Shown: piece after piece, positions 22,874 through 35,100 of the stretch
Position numbering within the stretch: position 1 is the first letter of the stretch
Layout: the number at the start of each line of letters is the position of its first letter
Assembly: GCA_965645245.1 (NCBI GenBank)
Contig: OZ287070.1
Coordinates: 2,604,001 to 2,668,000 of the forward strand
Origin: Massalongia carnosa
Lineage: Eukaryota
DNA: 64,000 bases
Direction: 5' to 3'
Program-made: the position numbers and the translations under genes
Notes under the pieces: model-generated
Told to the model about the DNA's origin: nothing
The model's input: only the letters and a program-made list of their open reading frames with translations
Databases searched by the model: none

Positions 22874-24729
22874 GAAATGCTTAGGGACAGTCCCCCCCCG
22901 ACCGTCCCCCCCTCTGTGTAAATCTTTACTATTAAACAGCCATTTTACTACTCATCCAGGGTGCGTACAAGCTAGCAGTTACACTACGTATTAATAATGT
23001 TGCTATTACTGACTAAGTGTATTCAACACCTACAAATCTACCTATTGCGATGACTTCAACTCCAAAAACTCGTCAGCCAATTGCGATACATCATCTTTTC
23101 TAGGCTTCATGGTTTTAGCCACCTTTCTCATCGCCGTTTCCTTTCTCGCTTGAGCCCTAGCCTGTTTGACTGATTTCTCGACTCTTTGAGATTCCAACTC
23201 CAACTGAGCCTTTGATTTCTTCGCCACTCCCCGAGACCTTCGCGTTGTTGCAAAGGAAGTAGGGAGAATTTGACTGGCGCGCACGTTTTGGCTAAGACTA
23301 TAAAGAGATAGAGCCGGCGCTGTCTGAGGTAGGGCTTTTTGACTATGCTTGGCAAGCACATCGTCAATATCTTCGAGCGAATCCGACGAGGCTTCTGATT
23401 TAAGAATAACATCATTATCGTCATCAGAAGGAAGCACAGGATCCATAGAACGACCGAGAATGGGCTGAGTGCTTATATACTGCACCTCGTCATCGTCGTC
23501 GGAGACGATAGACGCGTTTTCGATTCTCTCCATAACTAAGTTTTCTCCTAAACCTATTGTACCCAATATTAGCCGACCCGAGAGCAATAACTTTGCAACA
23601 TCGTGAATTTTACCTTCTGTTTCACCTTTAACCTCATCGTCGCCCCCAGCACGCAATCTATTATATCTAAGCCTCCCCCCTTGTTCAATAGAGTCCCTTC
23701 GCCTAGTACGTCGCTGTTCAGTTTCTCTAGCCTCAGCTGCCTCGCGACCAGTGTAGGCACGTCGTTGATTCCCTCCTTTCTTATACATGAGGTTTTCTTT
23801 GGGCCGAATTTCGTCGGGGAATGTGGTGGGGATGAGAGGTCTTACCAGCTCCTTCTTTTGCCATTTCTTATTGAACTTTTCAACGATGTGAGCATGCTCG
23901 CAAGCGTACTCCTCCCTTCGATGAGAATCTTCTATTGATTGATGCAAGTCAATAGATTGATATGCCACAGAATGTAGCAAATCAAGGCCCCCGCGGCAAA
24001 ATCTATCCTCACTCAACACGCCTTCTTCGAGCTCGACCTCATCCTTATCCGCCTCAATTTCTCCCGTCCCTTCGACCTCATCGACGATCTTTTCGACCTC
24101 GGGCTCCGAGCCGCGAGCGAAATCGAAGGTCATTTGCCAAGAGACCGCATAAGGTGGGCCATCAAAAAACCAGCGGGGGTGGATGAGAGAAACGGGAATA
24201 GGGTCCGAGTCGATGATGCATTTATACAACCAGCATTTTCATGGGAGACCGTACCTTAAAGGCAAATCACAATGTTAAACACAGCTTCCACTATCAGGGA
24301 CAATAGAAAGGATTCGTTCAGCTAATGATTTGGCGGCATCGAGTTCTCTTGAAACGAGGCCAATGGCATGATGTGTAATTTTCCCAATGAGTAGCGTAAA
24401 AGCCATTTCTATCGATCAATCTAGGATTGCGTATTCGCTGTTGATTGCTCAAAATCTCCTGATATAATTCTTTTTTCCGCACCTCATCACATATTTTCTG
24501 CACCGATTGTCTTATAGGCAAGGGTAAATGGCAAGTGAGGGTGAGGGTGAAGGTATGCTTTATCAGACCGAGTAGGGTAATTATTAGTAGCAATAACACG
24601 TCATAGGATTTAAACCGAAAAGAGTTTAATGTGCTGTTGGCAGTTGGATTACTAGCTTGTACGCACCCTATATAAGCAGTGAAATGGCTATTTACTAGCC
24701 ACAGGGGGAGGACTGTCCCTAAGCACCTC
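22874..24729 (-). mobile_element. Internally deleted MULE between the two NLR copies
   Basis: TIR GAAATGCTTAGGGACAGTCC / GGACTGTCCCTAAGCACCTC plus inner inverted block GGGTGCGTACAAGCTAG. Encodes only the transposase C-terminus (LIHPRWFFDGP, PLIPTTFPDEIR), homologous to 38570-40140. No TSD. Confidence 0.85.
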
Positions 24730-25992
24730 GGTCGGTTTATTATGATTTGTATCGTTTGTGATCGGCTGCTGACTTGTTCTGCTTTCGTCTTTTCCTCTGA
24801 AGCATTGCCTGAAATGCAAATGTAACATCTTTCTCTCTTACTGAAGACAATATATTAATAACGATGAAGTTCGCATTACTCTCCGCTCCTTCGTGATTCT
24901 ACATATGATTTTCATCTAAATATCTACCGACTAATTTTACTCTTAATGCTTTAACTCCAAGATTGATTTCTCGAACTCTCACGATTTTGGCCAGAGATAT
25001 GTAATTCGCGGGCTCTATCGTGTCAGCTGAACATATACATAATTTCTATCTATGTTTGGGCAACTCTAAAAAACTCCATCTACCTATGCGGCTAATTCAG
25101 GGAGTGGGTGGGTGGGCAAAAGACCTTTTGGTGCTGAACTCCGAATCAATGGGGATGATGAGGAGAAGAGTGCCAAAAGGCCTATTTATGCCCTTTTCTC
25201 TCCCTTGCTTGTCCAACTATTTTGGGCATCATCCTCCTTCGATCTTCGGCCTTCGTCGGCTATCCACGGCCTGCCTCCACTCGGTCCCGGCATTACCTTT
25301 CGCCCTAGCCGAATTATTATATTCGATTTCTGAACTACGTTAGATACATTAAAAAATGCCTCTTTCTTTTACTCCTAGTCCTCATGAAAGTTCAGCGCGA
25401 AAAAAAATTAACCTTCAAGGAGAAATGGCCAGAAATCAAGCAGGCCGAACGATAGGAAAGCAATGTTAATCTGCTACGCTAGGATTTCTCAATTACAAGC
25501 TCCTGCGTTCTAAAAAAATGTCTCGCGCTGCGCCTACTTCTCTCGAGAAGAAAATAGGAGACTGATTTGAAAGCAACTGTATATGAAGCATCGCAATTGT
25601 ATTGGTGATTGATGAAGGACTTGATATCAGCAAGGTTTCATTGCTGCCTCTAGCAACTGCAAGACCCTTTCGTGAGATTTCCTCAATGCCTGCAGCGAGC
25701 TGTCTTTCACGTTTCTGTTCTCTCCTTCATCCAACAACCACTGCATCGTCCTCTCGTAACCTTCCCTTGATGCCTGCAGGAAGCCATCATTGACTTTCAT
25801 CCCGTTATTCAACAAAAACCGCACTACCTTCTCGTGATATCTCGATGATGTAGTCAGTAATACGATATCGTTAATTCCCAATTTTCCCCCCAATCTGCTC
25901 TGTATAATCCTTATGTGACCTTCCGACAATGTCATTACAAGCAACTTGTCGTTAACTTGCGCTCCATTTTTCAACAATAACTGCATCACCTT

Positions 25993-28900
25993 CTATTTAC
26001 CATATAAGCATGCATTCTGCATCGCGCTGTCATTTACTTCCGCTTCGTTGTTCAACAGCAACTGCACGATTTTCTCGTGACCTCCAGACGATGCCGCCTG
26101 CAGCGCGTTGCCATACTCTCCGCCTTGCGCGTTCACGTCCGCTTCGTTGTTCAACAGCAACTGCACGATTTTCTCGTGACCTCCGGACGATGCCGCCTGC
26201 AGCGCGTTGCCATAGTGTCCGCCTTGCGCGTTCACGTCCGCTTCGTTGTTCAACAGCAACTGCACGATTTTCTCGTGACCTCGCAACGATGCCGCCTGCA
26301 GCGCGTTGCCATATTGTCCGCCTTGCGCGTTCACGTCCGCTTCGTTGTTCAACAGCAACTGCACGATTTTCTCGTGACCTCCGGACGATGCCGCCTGCAG
26401 CGCGTTGCCATAGTGTCCGCCTTGCGCGTTCACGTCCGCTTCGTTGTTCAACAGCAACTGCACGATTTTCTCGTGACCTCGCAACGATGCCGCCTGCAGC
26501 GCGTTGCCATATTGTCCGCCTTGCGCGTTCACGTCCGCTTCGTTGTTCAACAGCAACTGCACGATTTTCTCGTGACCTCGCAACGATGCCGCCTGCAGCG
26601 CGTTGCCATACTCTCCGCCTTGCGCGTTCACGTCCGCTTCGTTGTTCAACAGCAACTGCACGATTTTCTCGTGACCTCCGGACGATGCCGCCTGCAGCGC
26701 GTTGCCATACTCTCCGCCTTGCGCGTTCACGTCCGCTTCGTTGTTCAACAGCAACTGCACGATTTTCTCGTGACCTCGCAACGATGCCGCCTGCAGCGCG
26801 TTGCCATATTGTCCGCCTTGCGCGTTCACGTCCGCTTCGTTGTTCAACAGCAACTGCACGATTTTCTCGTGACCTCGCAACGATGCCGCCTGCAGCGCGT
26901 TGCCATATTGTCCGCCTTGCGCGTTCACGTCCGCTTCGTTGTTCAACAGCAACTGCACGATTTTCTCGTGACCTCGCAACGATGCCGCCTGCAGCGCGTT
27001 GCCATATTGTCCGCCTTGCGCGTTCACGTCCGCTTCGTTGTTCAACAGCAACTGCACGATTTTCTCGTGACCTCCGGACGATGCCGCCTGCAGCGCGTTG
27101 CCATACTCTCCGCCTTGCGCGTTCACGTCCGCTTCGTTGTTCAACAGCAACTGCACGATTTTCTCGTGACCTCCGGACGATGCCGCCTGCAGCGCGTTGC
27201 CATACTCTCCGCCTTGCGCGTTCACGTCCGCTTCGTTGTTCAACAGCAACTGCACGATTTTCTCGTGACCTCGCAACGATGCCGCCTGCAGCGCGTTGCC
27301 ATACTCTCCGCCTTGCGCGTTCACGTCCGCTTCGTTGTTCAACAGCAACTGCACGATTTTCTCGTGACCTCCGGACGATGCCGCCTGCAGCGCGTTGCCA
27401 TACTCTCCGCCTTGCGCGTTCACGTCCGCTTCGTTGTTCAACAGCAACTGCACGATTTTCTCGTGACCTCCGGACGATGCCGCCTGCAGCGCGTTGCCAT
27501 ACTCTCCGCCTTGCGCGTTCACGTCCGCTTCGTTGTTCAACAGCAACTGCACGATTTTCTCGTGACCTCCGGACGATGCCGCCTGCAGCGCGTTGCCATA
27601 CTCTCCGCCTTGCGCGTTCACGTCCGCTTCGTTGTTCAACAGCAACTGCACGATTTTCTCGTGACCTCCGGACGATGCCGGCTGCAGCGCGTTGCCATAG
27701 TATCCGCCTTGCGCGTTCACGTCCGCTTCGTTGTTCAACAGCAACTGCACGATTTTCTCGTAACCTCCGGACGATGCCGCCTGCAGCGCGTTGCCATACT
27801 CTCCGCCTTGCGCGTTCACGTCCGCTTCGTTGTTCAACAGCAACTGGACGATTTTCTCGTGACCTCCGGACGATGCCGCCTGCAGCGCGTTGCCATACTC
27901 TCCGCCTTGCGCGTTCACGTCCGCTTCGTTATTCAACAGCAACTGCACGATTTTCTCGTGACCTCCGGACGATGCCGCCTGCAGCGCGTTGCCATAGCGT
28001 CCGCCTTGCGCGTTCACGTCCGCTTCGTTGTTCAACAGCAACTGCACGATTTTCTCGTGACCTCCGGACGATGCCGCCTGCAGCGCGTTGCCATAGTGTC
28101 CGCCTTGCGCGTTCACGTCCGCTTCGTTGTTCAACAGCAACTGCACGATTTTCTCGTGACCTTCGGACGATGCCGCCTGCAGCGCGTTGCCATACTTTCC
28201 GCCTTGCGCGTTCACGTCAGCTTCTTTCTTCAATAAAATCTTGATAATGGAAAGATGACCGTATCGACTGGCAATATGCAATAATGATTCATTTTTGTTA
28301 TTGTATGTGTCGACATCGAAAACAGCCATTTCCCACCAATCGAATATGATATTGTTGAATCCGAACGCTGATATTGCCAGTAAAGTTAATGTAGATGGAC
28401 TAATATTATCACAAACTTTATATACCAGACTAGTATGAAACACCTGCATATAATTATAATATCTCCTATTTTTGTCCTTTTCTATTATTTCATGCCAACT
28501 CTTGTACGCTGGGCTGCTTTCATTGAAGGATCCAAGGAATTGCTTCAAAATGGCCGATAAACGAGAATCAATCTTTTCTTTATCGTGGTTTTGTACGTGA
28601 TCTGCCCAACAGAATCTTGCGTAGCGAATAATGTCGTCGAGTTCTTTTTTTTCGTCTTGCAATTCGGTATCCCGTTTTTGTTGAACTGGATCATTCAACA
28701 AAGACAAACATACTTTCGCTATCAGAGCATTCGCACCATAGTATCCCCAGTGTCTTTCCAGATATTCTTGAACTGATAAGTGGGAAAATCGGCAGATATG
28801 AAGCTGAGAATCAACGACGATTATGTTTTGACAAGCGTCGAGAACAGAATCGATATCGACATCGACAGCGTCGACAACGTCCGTGTTGGGATCTTGACAA

Positions 28901-31157
28901 ACCCCAGCGACTAATGCTTCTGGCGATAAGGGGACTTTGGAATACATGATCCATTGAAATGCACGATTGGCAATTTCGGGCACACTTCCCTCTTGACCCT
29001 TAATTCTGCGATATATTTCGTCATATGCCGCATCAAGGTCCTTCGGAAGTTTGCCTAGTCGCTCTTCAATATCGCGTCTACGGGGCGGAAGTTTATGTAG
29101 TTGAATAATCTGCAGAGACGCCCACTGAAACCTATTCTACTGTTATAAATCAATGCTAGTGGCCGACAGTTATAGAAACTTACATTCCGTCACTTTTGCT
29201 CACCAAAGTCTCGGAGATGAGCTCTCTAAGTTCGGAACTTATCTTGCAATACCATTCCTTTTTATCTTTGATCTTATCGTCAACAAACATTGCTATGTCC
29301 TTCTCATTATCCGTTGCCCTGATTTCCATGTTTGGTCCATCACTAAATCGGTGTTTGATATCTAGGTCTGGCCTGCTCGAGATGAAAATTTTTACCAAGT
29401 TAGAAGACTTGCCGCTGACCAAGATGTCTAAACTTTCCATGAAAGAGGCCCTCGTTTCCTTGTTGCACTCATCTAAAGCGTCCACAACTAGCGTGATTTG
29501 GGGATAAATTTCAATCAGCTGAAGTAGAAGATTAAAACTTTCCTCAATCTTGAGCACTCCTGAGGCAAAGCCATTTTTTTGCTCTATTTCATACCTTTGA
29601 ACGATCGGACGTTGAATCGTGTTGCTGCTTTCGACTCCCGATAATTGCCGCACGAAGCTGCTCATGATCACTGCTGGGTCTTGACGATTAGGCTGATTGC
29701 GATCGCAATAAAAGTAGGCCAGCGCCTCGTCATTCGATTGCTGAGCAAAACTTTTAGTCAGATCATCTACAACTGTTGACACAAGTTTAGTTTTGCCAGC
29801 GCCAGCTGATGGACCCAGTTAGTAAGAAATGCTAGATATTGTATATACACTTACGCATTCCGTGCAGCCATAATATTGTAGATGCGCTAGACGCACGCCA
29901 TTTTAAATATCGGTCATGCTCCAGCAGCCAATTTCCTGTCCCCTTCGTCCATCCTTTACGAGCAACATTATGGATGCCCTTGTATGGAATGTCGGATATC
30001 CAAGAGAGTATTTTACTTCGCTTGTCCACTTCATATTCATCGCTCAAAGCACTCACTCGAGCATCGACGTGCAAGATTGGGCTTCGCAAGTCTTCAAATA
30101 AGCTCTTTAGCTTCATAATTGCCTCCCGATCTTGTATACGATCCAAATTTCTTGCCTCCCGATCTTGTATGCGATCCAAATTTCTTGCCTCCCGATCTTG
30201 TATGCGATCCAAATTTCTTGCCTCCGTATCTACTTGGGTTTCTAAGTCCTTACAACTCTCAACAAATTCGAGAACTTTCGAATGCAACACACTCCCCAGA
30301 GTTCGAGATACAGATCCTTTATCATATTCCTTCTTTGCACGGGCAAGGAATCTTAACACAGCGAGATACAAGTCTGTCAACGCCGTTTTCAAGTTCTCCA
30401 TTGCAAGTTTGAACGGTCCGGAGACATCCAAAGGAAGGTAAAGGAGTTCATATATTGTGCACCGATTGATAAGTTGCGTCACCTTCTCTCCGCCAATAAG
30501 TAAAGCTGCCATCAACTCGCTTTCTCCCACCGCCATCTTTTCCAGAGTTAGGTCTTTTCAAGATCATGTGAAAGGAAGATCCAATCTCACCTGAAGCAAA
30601 AACCTGACTCCCGCCCATGGCAACGCAGCATGAACGGGATCAAAATTTACCGCCACGTCTCCAATTTCCTTGAATTTGTTGAGTCCAAAGATAATTTTCT
30701 CCGCTAAATCGCGAAGGATGATCTCTTGGCCTTGGAAACGAAATTTCCATTGTTTCTCGCGGCATTCATCTCGTTTCTGCTGAACAACACCGTGTAATTG
30801 TTCCACGATCTCTAGTTTCGAATTCAAGGATGTCTGTTGAACAGCCGCTCTCTCCTCTAATGATAGTTTCTGTAGCGTAATGTCCCAGAGACTACTCTGA
30901 ACATTTAGAGCTTGCGCACCCGCTGAAGAAGATGTTTTGATCGATCTCGCCTCTTCAGTTGAATTCGGAACCGATCCGGAGCCCGTGTTCACCTTGACAG
31001 CTGATGTCGGAATAGAGGCAGAATCAGGTTTCGTTGATTGTGATGTGGAAGATCCTTGCACTGAAATTCCACACGAGTCCTGTTTTGCCTTACTAGCCTT
31101 GTGACTAAACAAGGCCCTCAATCGCTCCCGTTTCCTTTCACGCGGAGAGCTTTCCAT
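25993..31157 (-). CDS. Fungal NLR: N-terminal helical (NACHT_N/Goodbye-like) domain, NACHT, ankyrin repeats; about 1669 aa
   Basis: Exons 31157-30591, 30536-29855, 29805-29184, 29131-25993 total 5010 nt in one open frame. [16 protein letters not shown] in the N-terminal domain, Walker A HGMPGAGKT formed across intron 2, Walker [34 protein letters not shown] at 25993 removes about 120 codons of degenerate ANK tail (to 25627). Confidence 0.9.
26047..28224 (-). repeat. Ankyrin array of copy 2: 22 x 99 bp, near-identical
   Basis: 22 units counted from the translation; variation is almost confined to three codons per unit. Confidence 0.97.
30120..30224 (-). repeat. 33-bp x3 in-frame repeat ([11 protein letters not shown]) before the NACHT domain; same repeat at 18554-18659
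   Basis: GAGGCAAGAAATTTGGATCGCATACAAGATCGG three times in both paralogs. Confidence 0.95.
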
Positions 31158-32199
31158 CGAATCCTGCACCAAATAATGATAGTTGTAGACTAAGGTATTG
31201 CGCTGGCAACAGCAGACTCCTCAAAACAATGCTGAGGTGTACTGGTGGTCAAGAGAGAGTAAAATTTCTCCAAGACAGGTGGGCGCTGCCTTTTGCTTTC
31301 TTATGCACTGATTGGTCCAACTCGTTTCACCCAATGCATCTAGGCGGCGTACGTAGTTCAGACACGTCATCGCCAATGATCTTCGAGGTAGATAAGATAA
31401 GGCAACATCCTTCCACGAGTTTAACGTTCATCAAATCCATAGAATAGAACTAATGATTCAACTTCTCCGAATATGCATGGCGTGTTCTAACGCTGCTGTG
31501 AGCATCGTTATTCGAGAAGTCGGCTACTACGTCAAGCACTACTCTCTAACCCTGAGGATTCTTCCACAAGATCATAATCGAGTTAAACTGGAACGAAGAC
31601 ATTTTATGTTATCAGCACTCCATCAAGTCCATCAAGTCCATAGAATAAACTAGTACTAATGATTCAACTTCTCCGATTATGCATAACGTGATTCTAACGC
31701 TGCTTGACGTGGAAGCCGACTTGTCGAATAACGATGTTCACAGCATCACTCTTCTATGAGCACTAAGCATTTGCTCACTCTGTATCACAACTTTCACGTT
31801 CTGTGCGCGACAGCTCAATATCAAAAGAATGCATTCTGCTTTTAAAGTATATTATGCTTTATTAGAACTGTGAAATGGTAGCACTGGCAATTGATATGAC
31901 TAGGGTAAAACTGCTCCTATTGATGCCGGTCCCACCAGCAATTCCAGAAGCCTCCATTCCCATCTCATCGGCTGTCTCTTCCGATGCGATTTCTGACTCC
32001 ATGCCAATTTGCCACCGCCACAGGTCATTTCTTGCCGAGGTAGATGCAAATTGCTTTGTCAGCTGGTTTCGGTATTTGGCATCGGTTGCCCGTTTTAACA
32101 CATTACACATAACTCGGTGTTAACTTTCGATATCTTTTAGGTTAGGTGATTTTTGACGCAATCCTTGTTTTACTGAAAGAGAAAAGCAAAACAACGTGA

Positions 32200-35100
32200 A
32201 TGCATTTAGAGCAGCGTGGGAAGCGAGCCTCTCGGATCCTCGAAATTCGTCGACAGAGCCCCGACGTTTCTGCCGGCCGGCTGACATGCGACGGATTTAT
32301 CGCCTGGCTGCAGCGTCTGGGGCTCAAGCCGCGCTCCATTCGATCGTGGAGTGATAGCGAGCCGACTGGTAAAGGAACGTATTTCTCCGTCTATCGGCAG
32401 CAAGTGCGCCCCGTCAATTACCAAGCGTTGCATTTGATCATCTTTACTGGAGATCTTCCCCGAAAATCGACTCCTATGTCGCCTTTAAGCGGATGGTTGT
32501 TCGCAACCAAGCCTCGCAGGAGATAGACGATCAAGGACAGTTGTACGCCATCTGCCGGGAGATTCAGGCACTCATCCATCCCGCGCTCCGTGAGCATGAG
32601 AGTATCGTGAAGCTGCAAGCGATCGTTTGGGAGAACAGGTTTGGCGCAGGGTATGAGAGCGGAATGCCAATGTGGCCGACGCTTGTGCTAGAATATTGCG
32701 AGACGACTTTGGCCGATCATCAGACAAACAACCCTCCAATCGATGCCACGGTCAAAAGTATCATCGGATCAAAGATAGGAGGCGGCTTGGATGCTCTGCA
32801 TTCCGTGGGGATCTTTCACCGTGACCTGAAAACCGAAAACGTTTTACTCAAGATTGGGGATGGAGGAGCGTTGGAGCCAAAGCTCGCTGACTTTGGTTGT
32901 TCGGCGATAATCGAGAAAGGTGATGGCAAGAAGAAATATTGGATTGGTGGAACATCCATGTGGCGCGCCCCAGAGGTTGTCATCTACTCTACTGTAGGGT
33001 TTTGAGATTAATCTGACGTTTTCGAGGCGGCCAGTGCCCAGGCTATTTCGAAATGTCGATGCAATTGCCGCAACCGACTGGTATTCTTTTGGACTGCTGT
33101 TGTGGCGCCTCTCGATAGATGGCAGAAACCCAATGGACGAATGAGAAATCATACCGACGGAATGGTCTCAGGAAGAAAGACTGTTAGCGATGCAGTTTCT
33201 GAAAGACACCGATTGTCTTTCCGCTCTCCTTGGTGACAGCACTGCGCCAGACAACTCTTTGCCCCTTAGTCGTTTACTAGCGAGCCTTTTGCTGAAAGAC
33301 CCCATAAAAGGGCTAGAGGCTATAGAAAAATCCACACTCGAGGTTGTACCGTTCCTATCGCAAAATGCCCGTATGAATCGAGACCGCGAATCGGATCTCG
33401 AATCAGATCCTGTCCGTCTGCAATCACAGAACGAATATTTAAACGTTATCGAGCAACTTTCAAGTCACCATCGTAGCAGCAATTCGGAATCGTCAGGGGA
33501 AGATGAGGAAGAGCCGGATCTTCTAAATATCTTTTCCTTCTTCTCATCTACAACTTCGAAAAGTGTAGTTCCCAACTTCGTGAGTGACCTCAATCTTTGG
33601 TGTATGTTATGGTGACTTTTTTTAAAATTAAAAACGTGGTCTCATTGTTTCCTTATGATTGGCGATTTTGACGCTTAAAATAGATACCCCTCTTTACCAC
33701 GGGGCGTGAACATGCGCTCAACTCAGCCACGCGTTCTCGATTAACTCAGGAACTCCTATCGATATACGAAGATGACAACGGAACTGAACATCTTCACCAG
33801 TGCCTCGAGTGCAATTCTTTGAGTAAAATAGACATGGATCCGCATCGATTGACGCATGACGCTTTGATTAAGGAGTTACAGCAATGTAGCGAAAGTTTGA
33901 AACACACTTGCTTAACACAGCCATCACAACTCAGTTCAGCACTTATCAAGTCAGCAGTTCCACGAGCTCTACAAAATCTTACTTCATCCAAAGCCGTTCT
34001 TCGAAAGGGTGAGGCGGCCTACCAACTCTTTTTGACCACTATCTCAGGATTCGGCATCAAGAGAGATATTGCTCGTGCTTTTAAGTTCCTCGAAGATGCT
34101 GCCATGTCCGGAAGTCATTACTGCTGTGTTTGGCTCTGCCGACACTCGTTGTTTATAAATCGGGATCTCTCCCCTCAAATACCTTTTCGAAAATGGCTGG
34201 CAATAACCGTGTTGTTTGCAGCTGGCATTCCATCCGAGGCTTACCTCGCCTTAGTAGAATTAGATCCCATCTTAGCCAGAATAGTAGCTGTGGCGAGAAG
34301 TAAAGTCTACAACGGCTCTACGGCAAGCTTTGTAAACACGAAATTCAACGCCGTTTGCGATTTGTATGAGACGACCTCGGATCTGTCAATGCAATTTTCC
34401 CCGATGGCTGATGGATCATCTGCAAGACAGGACAAGTCTTTTGAAAACACGTTATTGCATTTAACCGCTGGATCGGAAAACTCCAACACATCAGTCCTGG
34501 AATACTGCACTTCCGTCCTGAAAATCGACAAGAACGTGCGGAACACCGATGGAGTGACACCATTACTCATGGCTTGTCGTGCTGGGAGGGAGGAGAAGAT
34601 ACTGGCACTGCTGCACCTTGACGTAGATGTCGATTTGGTTTATGCTGGCGGTGAAACTCCGCTGCACTAGCTTGGCTTTTTGCCGGACCCCACACGAGTA
34701 TTGGAAGAATTCCTCCTACGCGGTGCCGGTATCAATGCGCAAGTAACTCAAGAAAGGGCGCTACCAAGTTTTCTTGGCGGGTTGAAAAGTTTCTATGTGA
34801 AATGACCTCCTCTCAACTGGGCAATGGCTATGGGAAATGAGATATATGTAGACGCTCTCTTAAAAAAAGGGGCGGATATCAATATGCTTGTTCTTGATAA
34901 AGTAATGCTTGTGAGATTTGCTTGCTTCCCTAGAAGATCGCAGTTCCTTGACAGGTTTTCGAGACAACCGGAATTTAAGGTTTCTAGAGAAGGATGATCT
35001 GTGAATACTGAATAATTATGCCAAACCCGAAGAACATGAGAGGGCTCTTAAGCTACTGTTGTCGACACCCATTCCGTTCCGTGATTGGGCTGAAGTCGAT

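Noticed and set aside
22489..25343. Paired 104/107-aa ORFs (MSAEHIHNF..) at 22489-22803 and 25020-25343
   Set aside because: Non-ATG starts, no recognisable domain, and they appear twice only because the NLR 3' flank is duplicated.
26010..28244. 744-aa and 719-aa plus-strand ORFs (and the 344/361-aa ORFs at 20542-21778)
   Set aside because: Antisense shadows of the 99-bp ANK array; a stop-free unit repeated in tandem gives long ORFs automatically.
30970..31157. Amyloid signalling motif at the NLR N-terminus ([10 protein letters not shown])
   Set aside because: Only one short NTGSG in a Ser/Thr-rich stretch, with no matching motif at the HeLo gene C-terminus.
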